A stretch of 64,000 nucleotides of DNA from a virus, in IMG/VR virus record IMGVR_UViG_3300049846_000568, positions 81,809-145,808 of that record; one strand, written 5' to 3'. Below the pieces are notes generated by a model, which was not told where the DNA came from, did not search any database, and saw nothing but the letters and a program-made list of their open reading frames with translations. Each line of letters begins with the position of its first letter. The first letter of the stretch is position 1. Both the position numbers and the translations under genes were made by a program. Below, one piece after another: positions 47,731 through 56,168 of the stretch.

Positions 47731-48519
47731 CTACGTAGTTAAGTTCTTAGAGATAACAATGCGGTACTTGTAGTTCTCGCTAAAGTACTCATAACCTGAT
47801 GTATAGTATACCACTGTCTCAGCGGGCGTGGCGGCCTCTGGGTAGTGGTCAACAGAAGGTAGGTCTACATATACGTAGATCCCATTCTGACTTAGACGTG
47901 CATCTATGTCTTCCCAGCGGGCTGGAGACCTTGAGATCTCCTTCTTCTGCACTTTGATGTTGGTCGAATTTACACTTGTTACGGCTGGTGCTTGACTAAA
48001 GGTTAGCCTGATGCGCCCGTAATGGTAATCCGCAGGTAGATAGTAGTCGCCATTGGGTGGATCGGCCTCGACAAACCTAAATGTCACGGTGTCTAGCGGA
48101 ATCGCAAACGTGTCGAACACAGTAGATACGATAGAATAATCTACAATGCTGACTTCCTCTGGTGCCGGAGGCAGACCATCAAGGGCCGTATTGACGGTAT
48201 CGCCAGTAGTGAACTGTACGACCCAATCATTAAGCGTTTGGCCCAGGATGTTCTTAAGCCCCGAAATCGTCAAAGTGTAATCAGTAGCCGGGGTTAGGAC
48301 ATCGTTGGCCCAATGCAGTGTCAGTGTTCTGCTAACAGAATTGTAATCCTCATTAAGGTCGATCGTATCAAACGGGTCAGTAATGGAGACCGGAGTTGCC
48401 TCATCTGTCGCAACTAAGAACTTGTCATTAGTAATCGAAGATGCTCTTAGCGACACGTTGAACTGAATCGTTACCTCATGAGCGGTTATGTCGATTGCCT
48501 CAACTAGATCTACAGCCAC
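47731..48519 (-). CDS. Ig-like (Big-5-type) head-associated protein
   Basis: GTG start with AGGAG RBS; LTPATDYTLTISGLKNILGQTL...FTTG; second Ig-like domain; two ATP motifs. Confidence 0.7.
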   Translation of the reverse strand: MAVDLVEAIDITAHEVTIQFNVSLRASSITNDKFLVATDEATPVSITDPFDTIDLNEDYNSVSRTLTLHWANDVLTPATDYTLTISGLKNILGQTLNDWVVQFTTGDTVNTALDGLPPAPEEVSIVDYSIVSTVFDTFAIPLDTVTFRFVEADPPNGDYYLPADYHYGRIRLTFSQAPAVTSVNSTNIKVQKKEISRSPARWEDIDARLSQNGIYVYVDLPSVDHYPEAATPAETVVYYTSGYEYFSENYKYRIVISKNLTT

Positions 48520-48551
48520 ATGAAACTCCTGAGTTCAAACCTATGTCTATA

Positions 48552-48558
48552 TAGTAAC
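48552..48558 (-). promoter_or_regulatory. Putative late promoter motif GTTACTA
   Basis: Instance of the shared RTTACTA motif, abutting the post-capsid hairpin. Confidence 0.5.
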
Positions 48559-48584
48559 AGGGACGGCCATAAAGACCGTCCCTG
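48558..48584 (-). terminator. Hairpin/terminator after the major capsid gene
   Basis: CAGGGACGG-tc-TTTAT-gg-CCGTCCCTG stem; only a short T-tract. Confidence 0.6.
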
Positions 48585-48611
48585 CCATTAGTATTAGATT
48601 GTAAGTCTTGA

Positions 48612-49664
48612 TTACGCTACAGTTCTGTGAAGCTCCACATCGTAGCTGCGTGCAAGATCCACGTTCTTTGCAACTGTGATGCCCTCGCCGTCACCCACCA
48701 TTACGATGTCGTAACGCTCCTTCATCTTCATTGCGCGGATGTCACGAGTCTGGTCTGTCCACTCATCTGTGGATAGGTCATCCTTAACAAGAAGGACGCC
48801 AACCTCGTTGCGGTCAATCAGGAACACATCAGACTTAGCTGCTGTTGCACCACTGCGTGCTGTGAAGCTGACGAATGGTGAAACAATCACGTTTAGGCCT
48901 GCTGGAGCTGTTGCGTTAGCAACACCTTCCTTAGAGCCAACACCCATACCCCAACGACCCGAAGGTACTGAATCGTTGCCGTACATAACTGCATTCTTTG
49001 CAAACAGCGCCCACATAAGTGGATGAATGATGAAGTCAGTAGGGGTGTGATTCTCTGCCATTAGAACTGCAGCCATATCAATGACGTCGTCCCATGTAAG
49101 GGTATCATTCTGGGCACCGGTTGAACCTAGGCCCGTTGTGGAATCGTAGGCGCCATCATCGTTATCGAAAACGATTGTTGCGGCGTCTGCGAAACGGGAT
49201 AGAGCTAGCTGCTCCTTATAGCGTGCCATAGCACGACCTGCAGCGCGAACGTGAAGGCCAACAATGTCCCAAAGGGAGTCAGAGATAACCTCTTCTGTGA
49301 AGACAACCTTCACACCCTTCTTGCTGACCTTACCCTCGACCTGCTTCGCGAATGCTAGAGCCTGCTCTGGGTATTCCTGTCCCTCTGGGATCTCTGCAGC
49401 CTGGATTGCGTTGACGGCTGGGAACTCGAGTGAACGACCCTTGCCAAGGCGCACGACAGAAAGAAGAGGAGTCACTAGAAGCTGTGGCTCAGCTGCTTCC
49501 TTCAGGGTGCGTGAAATCACCTTGGGGAACAGGATCGGAGCATCAGGAGAGGCAAAAGCCTCCTTGATGGTTACTCGATGCTCGTCATCGATGTTGCCGT
49601 CTTCTGCAAGGACTGACTCCCAAGTGGAGACATTCTGTAGAAGTTCTTCGATGGTCTTACTCAT
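48612..49664 (-). CDS. Major capsid protein (HK97 fold)
   Basis: AAEIPEGQEYPE, KKGVKVVFTEEVISDS, PTDFIIHP, GLNVIVSPFV, MKERYD; GGAGG RBS. Confidence 0.92.
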   Translation of the reverse strand: MSKTIEELLQNVSTWESVLAEDGNIDDEHRVTIKEAFASPDAPILFPKVISRTLKEAAEPQLLVTPLLSVVRLGKGRSLEFPAVNAIQAAEIPEGQEYPEQALAFAKQVEGKVSKKGVKVVFTEEVISDSLWDIVGLHVRAAGRAMARYKEQLALSRFADAATIVFDNDDGAYDSTTGLGSTGAQNDTLTWDDVIDMAAVLMAENHTPTDFIIHPLMWALFAKNAVMYGNDSVPSGRWGMGVGSKEGVANATAPAGLNVIVSPFVSFTARSGATAAKSDVFLIDRNEVGVLLVKDDLSTDEWTDQTRDIRAMKMKERYDIVMVGDGEGITVAKNVDLARSYDVELHRTVA

Positions 49665-49702
49665 TTAGGATTCTTCCTCCTGTCGTTACCTTAACAATTA
49701 GA

Positions 49703-50470
49703 TTACAGCGTTAGATTAACACGAACAGCGCCAACCACATTCGCTGTATCTAGGTTGGCCCGGATACCAAGCTTGCCCGAGTATGGACCGCTCTTAGTTA
49801 GTTCGTAAACTTCCTTGAGAGCACCTGGATCCGATGGCAGCTGCATATAGGAAAGTAGGCCGTCATCGAAGTTTGAAGCAAATGACTCAACCTCAATAAC
49901 CTTACCTACGATCAGGTATGGGTAGTTGCTTGCCTCGGTGTTGTTGCCAAGTGTAGGAGCCTTGACCGGACGACCCATGTGGTCGGACGTTACAAGATCG
50001 CCTGGGCTTAGGGTGTCGTTAACACCTGCAACCAGTGGCCACTCAACATAACCGTGCGTAATCCAGCCTGCGCCCTGAGAAGTACCCTTATCGAATGGAC
50101 GATATAGGTCATACTGTGCGCAGCCGATCGGCACTGAACGTGCAGGGACTGTCACGGTATCTGTGTCGCCGCCAACGTTAGTTGGGGTTGCACCCGTCTC
50201 TAGGTCAACGGTGTCTGCGTCGCCCCATGCCTGGGAGGAAGTTGTACCGTTTGCTGGAACAATGCGGGAATCACCATTTGCAATCTCAACGACCGAAAGG
50301 ATGGTGCCCTTAGGAATAACAATCTCGAAACGGTCATCCTCAATGTCTGTGTAGAGAGTTGGTAGACCCTCGTGAGGAAGTAGGTATGCCGAAGGTGCAA
50401 TACCCTCAGATACTACGAAACGACCGGAACCGTTCTTGCCATAAACCTTACGAAACTTTGCTGTACTCAT
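49703..50470 (-). CDS. Capsid decoration / head stabilising protein
   Basis: Between scaffold and MCP; IPKGTILS, PIGCAQ, LSPGDLVTSDHMGRPV, IVGKVI beta-tulip-like pattern. Confidence 0.7.
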   Translation of the reverse strand: MSTAKFRKVYGKNGSGRFVVSEGIAPSAYLLPHEGLPTLYTDIEDDRFEIVIPKGTILSVVEIANGDSRIVPANGTTSSQAWGDADTVDLETGATPTNVGGDTDTVTVPARSVPIGCAQYDLYRPFDKGTSQGAGWITHGYVEWPLVAGVNDTLSPGDLVTSDHMGRPVKAPTLGNNTEASNYPYLIVGKVIEVESFASNFDDGLLSYMQLPSDPGALKEVYELTKSGPYSGKLGIRANLDTANVVGAVRVNLTL

Positions 50471-50495
50471 TTAGTCTTACCCCTTTAAGGTAGAA

Positions 50496-51290
50496 TTACA
50501 GTGCCCTGCGACCCATTAGAGTGTCGGTTAGGAGATCCTCGAAAGCCTTAGTAGGATCCTTCGCCTCTTCCTCAACCTCTGCATCTACGGTGTCGACATT
50601 TTCCTCGCCCTCAACAGCGGCAATCTTGGGCTCTACGACGCCAGTAGGCATCTCGCGCTCAGTTGCTACCATCTTAGGCATTGCTGCTAGATCGCGAAGT
50701 GAATCAGCCAGCGAAGATGCGGTGCGACCTGCATGCTCCTCAATTGCCTCTGCACGACGAGATGACTCCTCAAGACCAGCTGTGATCTTTGCATCAACTA
50801 CTCGCTCTGCGAGCGTGCGATGTAGGGCCTTCTTTAGTCTAGCATTCTCTTCCTCAAGAGCCGTGACACGTGACTGAAGCTCGTCAACATCGTGCTCAGC
50901 CTCGACAGCATTTGTCTCGGTGAGGTCTGTATCGTCAGCCTGCTCACTTGCCTGGTCTCCCTCAGCTACCGCTTCGCCCTCTTCCTCGACAGCCTCTTCG
51001 ACTGTCTCGGACTCTTCGGACTCACGGGTGTCTGATGCGTCATCTGAATCTTCGGCCTCAGCAGTTGTATCCTGAGCTTGCTCAGCCTCTTCGGTTTCTG
51101 ACTGGTCATCTGACTCTGTAGTGGTATCTGCGTCAGTTTCTTCGGCCTCACTCTGCTCAGTAGCTTCTGCCGAATCATCTGAGGCTTCCTCAGTCTCCAC
51201 AGCAGCATTCAGGTCATCGCTTAGACCCTCTGTAATGGCGAGGATATCCTCGTCCTGCTCTGCTGTATCGACATGCTCTTCGTTAGCCAT
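50496..51290 (-). CDS. Probable nested in-frame scaffolding protein
   Basis: GAGGAG 9 nt before an internal ATG (MANEEHV...) at the start of the acidic region. Confidence 0.6.
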   Translation of the reverse strand: MANEEHVDTAEQDEDILAITEGLSDDLNAAVETEEASDDSAEATEQSEAEETDADTTTESDDQSETEEAEQAQDTTAEAEDSDDASDTRESEESETVEEAVEEEGEAVAEGDQASEQADDTDLTETNAVEAEHDVDELQSRVTALEEENARLKKALHRTLAERVVDAKITAGLEESSRRAEAIEEHAGRTASSLADSLRDLAAMPKMVATEREMPTGVVEPKIAAVEGEENVDTVDAEVEEEAKDPTKAFEDLLTDTLMGRRAL

Positions 51291-52163
51291 TGATTCTTTC
51301 TCCTCAGAACTGGTTTCGATACCACCAACATTATCTGTAGTATCGCCTATATAAGCAATTGCACTTTCTTCATTCTCGATATTATTAGACATTCTTGCTT
51401 GAATGAAAGCGCCTTTGATCTCATGGTAAAGGGGGGATGCGTCCTTCTTGCGCATTTCGCCAAGAATGTCAACTCCACCCTCAACGCCTTCACGGCATTC
51501 CACAATGGACTCACTACTCAAGTCTAGCACAAAGAACTTGGCTGTATGATTCCAACCATCTGATTCTTCTGCCTTGTTGATTGCGCGAACGCCGGAATGT
51601 GCGTCGGCGGGTACATTCACAAACGAATACTCTACGAATGTGATGTTGCGCATTTCGAGTGTAGCTAGCTTGCCCTTGTAGACGCGACCCCTCTGGTGCG
51701 GGCACGGCATGCCGCGCAGGCCCTCCTTGGGGTGGGCCCAGTCAGTGCCACAAACAGAACAAATGGCCTCATCGGTCTTACCACCAATGGAGCCAGTAAT
51801 ATACCTACGATCAAGAACCTTTTGAATTGCTGTAGGGTCGACAATAGCCGCCTGCAGTCTTACGTATGGGGTGCCATCCTCTTCCTGATCCATCTTTGCG
51901 CCGATGACGCGACCAACTGGTTCGCTCATCTTGTCGTGGTTCATGATGATTGGCTTCTGGTATGGGGTATACCAGGTATGAAGAGCGTTTGCTAACTCTG
52001 CTGAACTGTACTGTGTGAAGTTCTGAGTCACACCCTCATGAATGGCGGCGATCTCTACAATCAGCCCATGCTTATCCTTGTATGCGCTTTCAGAGAAGCT
52101 TGAAAGGTCATACTCTACATTTGGTAGCGGAACGGTGAATGTCTCGTGAAATTCAAAAGCCAT
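50496..52163 (-). CDS. Prohead protease fused to acidic scaffolding domain
   Basis: IIMNHD...PVGRV, GSIG, CSVCG...CPH, EYSFVNVPAD; Glu/Asp-rich C-half with a coiled coil. Confidence 0.85.
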   Translation of the reverse strand: MAFEFHETFTVPLPNVEYDLSSFSESAYKDKHGLIVEIAAIHEGVTQNFTQYSSAELANALHTWYTPYQKPIIMNHDKMSEPVGRVIGAKMDQEEDGTPYVRLQAAIVDPTAIQKVLDRRYITGSIGGKTDEAICSVCGTDWAHPKEGLRGMPCPHQRGRVYKGKLATLEMRNITFVEYSFVNVPADAHSGVRAINKAEESDGWNHTAKFFVLDLSSESIVECREGVEGGVDILGEMRKKDASPLYHEIKGAFIQARMSNNIENEESAIAYIGDTTDNVGGIETSSEEKESMANEEHVDTAEQDEDILAITEGLSDDLNAAVETEEASDDSAEATEQSEAEETDADTTTESDDQSETEEAEQAQDTTAEAEDSDDASDTRESEESETVEEAVEEEGEAVAEGDQASEQADDTDLTETNAVEAEHDVDELQSRVTALEEENARLKKALHRTLAERVVDAKITAGLEESSRRAEAIEEHAGRTASSLADSLRDLAAMPKMVATEREMPTGVVEPKIAAVEGEENVDTVDAEVEEEAKDPTKAFEDLLTDTLMGRRAL

Positions 52164-52199
52164 CTAAAACTCCAGGTCTTGATCGAAATTCTATAGGTT

Positions 52200-52206
52200 T
52201 AGTAAT
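52200..52206 (-). promoter_or_regulatory. Putative late promoter motif ATTACTA upstream of the protease
   Basis: Instance of the shared RTTACTA motif. Confidence 0.55.
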
Positions 52207-52236
52207 GTTGCTAGAAGATGAAGTTCATTTTGCTTA

Positions 52237-52998
52237 CTATGAAAAAGCTGGCTGTCGTGGATCGCCACGACCAATAAACTCATTCAACATCCACCTGTGC
52301 ATAATGTGCGACGAATAAATGTTTGATGCGCTATACATCTTGTAGCCGTGTCTGGTTACTTCCGCCGACCAACCAAGATCTTCACCCTGTCTGTGCCATC
52401 GATACCTAACATCACGATAGACTTCTGGCGCCATCATGACAGCAGCCATTGAAATCTCTACTTCAAAAACCTCACCAATTGGATACTCTTCCACTTTACG
52501 CTTAGCTTTACCGCCAGGATAATCCGCCCAATTCATAATGTTCGGAAATCTATCACCTTCCGGCGTCATGTAGCATAAAGGGGCTGCGGTGCAGCCTGAA
52601 TCTGTAAGATTGTATAGTTCCTGTAAAGTATTCTGGTTGGTTAGAACGATATCGGAATCCAAAGAGAAGTACCTTTCTGGAGCGTAATTGATTGCACGCT
52701 CTAGAAGGTTATTACGGAAGTTAACCATTCTGTAATAGTCTGATCGTGCCCATTGACGCTTGTCTTCTTGATGCGTCTTGTGTGTCTCGTCTGCTCTAAT
52801 GATTCCGTCAAACACCTCTACTTCTGGGTGTCGTGAATGCCATTCCCACAACATCTCGTGGGTTTCCTCGTCTGGAGTGCCAAGCTCAAAGATAAACCCT
52901 AAATCCGACAATGGAATCGTTTGGTTCTCTATACTCTCGAACCAATAGGGTAGAATCCAATCACGCTTATATACTGGACAGCCGATAAGAATCTTCAT
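52237..52998 (-). CDS. GT-A fold glycosyltransferase (third, distinct from the A/B pair)
   Basis: KILIGCPV, RNNLL, FSLDSDI (DxD), GEDLGW, terminal His motif. Confidence 0.85.
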   Translation of the reverse strand: MKILIGCPVYKRDWILPYWFESIENQTIPLSDLGFIFELGTPDEETHEMLWEWHSRHPEVEVFDGIIRADETHKTHQEDKRQWARSDYYRMVNFRNNLLERAINYAPERYFSLDSDIVLTNQNTLQELYNLTDSGCTAAPLCYMTPEGDRFPNIMNWADYPGGKAKRKVEEYPIGEVFEVEISMAAVMMAPEVYRDVRYRWHRQGEDLGWSAEVTRHGYKMYSASNIYSSHIMHRWMLNEFIGRGDPRQPAFS

Positions 52999-53204
52999 TA
53001 GTCTTTTACCAATACACCTTCATACATGTAGTTATGCGCCGTGGGTGTCACCATTTTGAGCCTGTATACATAGTACTCTTCGGGCTCTGTGCTTAGGCGC
53101 AAGCTTAGAACGGGCTGGACCCAACTTTCGGCAAGATACTCGGTACGCGAGTAGACCACCTCACCATCTTTGGGTCCGCCTATGAACTCAACTCTACTGG
53201 TCAT
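52998..53204 (-). CDS. Hypothetical protein (GGPxDG motif)
   Basis: 68 aa; FIGGPKDG; overlaps both neighbours. Confidence 0.6.
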   Translation of the reverse strand: MTSRVEFIGGPKDGEVVYSRTEYLAESWVQPVLSLRLSTEPEEYYVYRLKMVTPTAHNYMYEGVLVKD

Positions 53205-53442
53205 CTGCGGAATCCGCGGTGGCCGCTGCCTTCTTTGTGGCCGGTCGCTGCTTAGATTCGCTATCTGCCAAACGCGCCTCTAGGCTCTCAACGTACTCAA
53301 TCAAATTGTCAATCAATTCAACTGCGTACTCAAAAGCTAGACGAGTCTGGTTATTGCGAACAGCGGTAGCAAAACCCTTGCGGACATCAAGCTCTAGCTT
53401 GAAATTGCCCTGTCGCTGTTCCTTTAACTTTGGTTCAAACAT
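53194..53442 (-). CDS. Hypothetical coiled-coil protein
   Basis: 82 aa; TAATG coupling to the portal gene. Confidence 0.6.
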   Translation of the reverse strand: MFEPKLKEQRQGNFKLELDVRKGFATAVRNNQTRLAFEYAVELIDNLIEYVESLEARLADSESKQRPATKKAAATADSADDQ

Positions 53443-55091
53443 TAAACATCGTCCTCTCTATAGTCTTCCCCAATCAATTCTACCATCTCGGTAATCCAAT
53501 CGTCATCTGAACGACGAATATCTGGGGATGTTCTTGCGCCGTGCTGATTTGCTGGACGCACCACATTACCTGAAGCCTTACGTAGATTCTTCAGGTTTGG
53601 TCTACCACCCGTTGATGGCTGTTGTGCCGGGGCCGGTGTTGTATCAACTGTCTTTGGCGGCTTCTGGCCACCCGTTGCCGTCTTCTCGCCCGGAACGATC
53701 TGGTTTGGCTGCATGCGTACCTGCATGGCCATCATCGTGTCGTGCTCTGGAAGCTGAGGTGCACGACCAATTGCCTGACGACCCTCGCCAATTGTCTCAA
53801 GGTTGGAAGTAACCTTCTGTAGGGTGTGGTTTTCCTTCTTGACCTGAGTGTCGACATCGATCTCGTTGAACTTCATAATGCATCGATCTGAGACCCCACT
53901 AAGCTTAGGGTTGGCCATGGGATCGAAGCCGCCCTCACGGAGCAGCTCATCAAAGATGAACATACGTACACAATCAGCGAAATAGCGCTGATACTCCTTG
54001 ATCCTGTCGTAAAGGGCAGTATCAAGACGATCGGTCATGTCGCGGTTTGCGCCAGCGAAATCAACCATACCAAGATGATGAGGGAATACCCCAAGACCAA
54101 CAGCAGTACGAGTCTTGATGTGGTTCAAGAAACCGCTGATCTCTAGGACCTTGCCCTCAGAGCCGATGATCTCGACATTGTGACGGAAAGGCAGCACGAG
54201 ACCGCCCTCTGTTCTCAGAGACTCAAGCTCAAGAACCGCTTCATCAATCTCATCTGGCTCAGCAGGATGCTCCTCGGTACCGATGGTGTACTTGTAAAGT
54301 GGGAACAGTTCCCTGTGGATTAAGTTAAGATAATCTTCCTCGACCTGACGGAGTGCAATAAGGTCATCAAGAGCCGCTGTCATGAATGGTGTACCGAAGG
54401 CTCTACCAGGCTTACGATCCCTATACATGTGAATAATCTCGCTTGCATTCCAAGTAGGATCTACAACAGAGGTGTTACCAGTGTTGGCCTGCAAGAAACC
54501 GAGGTTAGAAGAAATTCGCTGACGGTACCACCTTGGACGGTTGTACTTGTCGCGCAGAATCTGTACGCTCTCGGTTGGGATCAAGTAATAGCCGATGATT
54601 GGACCCTTTGGTTGATCCGATTCGACATCACCAGGAAAGGTCTCGGCAATCTGGTCAGCACGGGACTTGACGACAAAGGCGTTGTGATAGCGGAAGAGCT
54701 GATCTGCCGTATCAATTAGGAAGTCTTGGAATGGGCGACCCATTGCAACTTCCATATAGTCAATACGCTGATATAGGTAATCTACAGCTTCCTGATTCTC
54801 GCCAACAATCGTCCAGCCTTCCTTCCAGAAAAGCTCACGATACTTAGCAAAAGCATTCTTGGCATAGGAGTCTGTGTCGATGGCCTGAGTAATGCGGTCA
54901 AAGTCGTAAGGAGGATCTTCAAAGTTGGCCCTCTTGCTTAGGTCTGTAGGAAGACCTTCATAGCCGAGCGCGATAGCCCTAATCTTAAAGGCCTTAGTTA
55001 AAGCCTTCTTGTCCTGAGTATCGAGGACTTGAGCCTTCTTCTCGACAATTGGTTGTTCTTTGAATGAAGGGAAGTAATCGCGAATGCCCAT
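53442..55091 (-). CDS. Portal protein
   Basis: 549 aa upstream of protease/MCP; EIIHMYRDRKPGRAFGTP, LGVFPHHLG, EGRQAIG portal-like motifs. Confidence 0.85.
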   Translation of the reverse strand: MGIRDYFPSFKEQPIVEKKAQVLDTQDKKALTKAFKIRAIALGYEGLPTDLSKRANFEDPPYDFDRITQAIDTDSYAKNAFAKYRELFWKEGWTIVGENQEAVDYLYQRIDYMEVAMGRPFQDFLIDTADQLFRYHNAFVVKSRADQIAETFPGDVESDQPKGPIIGYYLIPTESVQILRDKYNRPRWYRQRISSNLGFLQANTGNTSVVDPTWNASEIIHMYRDRKPGRAFGTPFMTAALDDLIALRQVEEDYLNLIHRELFPLYKYTIGTEEHPAEPDEIDEAVLELESLRTEGGLVLPFRHNVEIIGSEGKVLEISGFLNHIKTRTAVGLGVFPHHLGMVDFAGANRDMTDRLDTALYDRIKEYQRYFADCVRMFIFDELLREGGFDPMANPKLSGVSDRCIMKFNEIDVDTQVKKENHTLQKVTSNLETIGEGRQAIGRAPQLPEHDTMMAMQVRMQPNQIVPGEKTATGGQKPPKTVDTTPAPAQQPSTGGRPNLKNLRKASGNVVRPANQHGARTSPDIRRSDDDWITEMVELIGEDYREDDV

Positions 55092-55143
55092 TTATATACC
55101 TTTGCCTCGACCTATATAAATCTAGAACCGTTCCTCTAGAAGA

Positions 55144-55150
55144 TAGTAAC
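55144..55150 (-). promoter_or_regulatory. Putative late promoter motif GTTACTA upstream of portal
   Basis: Instance of the shared RTTACTA motif. Confidence 0.55.
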
Positions 55151-55167
55151 CTAGATGCCTATATAAA

Positions 55168-55368
55168 CTAGGAATTCGCTTCAGGAGGAGTGTTAATCTC
55201 ATCCAATAGATCTAAAGCGCCTGGGTCTGCGATCCTTCTAAGCTCGCCATTTAGCTTGCTGAGCCTTTCAACCTCTGTGGCTAAAACAGCATTCTCAAAC
55301 ACTAAAGCCCCAATTCTCGCCTGTAGCTCGGGGATCACGTCTGACAAGCTCACATTAAGATTCGACAT
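55168..55368 (-). CDS. Small coiled-coil hypothetical protein
   Basis: 66 aa heptad pattern (LQARIGALVFENAVLATEVERL). Confidence 0.6.
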   Translation of the reverse strand: MSNLNVSLSDVIPELQARIGALVFENAVLATEVERLSKLNGELRRIADPGALDLLDEINTPPEANS

Positions 55369-55519
55369 TTACTGTACCCTCAATCAGAACATTTCTGATT
55401 GCCATCTGCTTAATTGCCTCTGCCCAAAAAACGATCTCTGGTAGTGACATCTCAGTCTCGTACTTTACCTCGTTATCGGTGATGTAGATATGAATCTCGC
55501 CAATTGAACTTTCACTCAT
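55355..55519 (-). CDS. Small hypothetical protein (54 aa, below the ORF-track cut-off)
   Basis: MSESSIGEIHIYITDNEVKY...VNVES*; same AAAGGTATATAAATG leader as the portal gene. Confidence 0.6.
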   Translation of the reverse strand: MSESSIGEIHIYITDNEVKYETEMSLPEIVFWAEAIKQMAIRNVLIEGTVNVES

Positions 55520-55554
55520 TTATATACCTTTTCGTTAATCCATTTACAGTACAC

Positions 55555-55579
55555 AAAAACCTAAGGCGCCAAAGACGCC
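55555..55579 (-). terminator. Probable terminator after MTase copy B
   Basis: GGCGTC-TTT-GGCGCC hairpin then TTAGGTTTTT. Confidence 0.55.
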
Positions 55580-55583
55580 ATAC

Positions 55584-56168
55584 TTATGCCCTCTTGGTAA
55601 GGGTGACAAAGATATCGCTAATGACGTTGGTATAGTGCTTTGCCGCAAAGTTGCGCGATTCCTCGCTACGAGAAGCCCACAACTGGTCGAAAGCATAACC
55701 GTACACAAAATCATAGTCGGAGTCGATCTTATAGTGGTCAAGGCCATTCGTTGCGCGCCATTCCTTGTTGTAGTAAAGGAACGTAGCCTCCGATATAGCC
55801 CTTCTGTGGGTTGGGTCCTGCCATGCTCTAATTGAGTTGTAGTATGGCGCAACAACCAGTAACTTGCCGCCAGGCTTCAAAATACGGAAGCACTCATCCA
55901 TAAAGCATGAGAGACCATCTTTGCCGGGAGTATCCGACTCATGAGGAATGTGTTCGATGTAGTGAGAAGTCTCAAGCTCATCAACCGACTCATCCTCAAA
56001 TGGCCACGGATAAACATTAAGGTCGTGAACAACGTCTACGCCCTCAATATCGGCAATGTCTACGCCAATGTATCCTTCCGGCTTTCTCTGACCACAAGCC
56101 AACGAAACCTTAACTGGCTGCTCTTCTACAGCCTCTTCATTACCAGACGATGTCGTTGTCTGCGTCAT
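55584..56168 (-). CDS. Class I SAM-dependent methyltransferase (copy B)
   Basis: Paralog of 41718-42272 with a short insertion (IPHESDTPGKDG). Confidence 0.9.
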   Translation of the reverse strand: MTQTTTSSGNEEAVEEQPVKVSLACGQRKPEGYIGVDIADIEGVDVVHDLNVYPWPFEDESVDELETSHYIEHIPHESDTPGKDGLSCFMDECFRILKPGGKLLVVAPYYNSIRAWQDPTHRRAISEATFLYYNKEWRATNGLDHYKIDSDYDFVYGYAFDQLWASRSEESRNFAAKHYTNVISDIFVTLTKRA

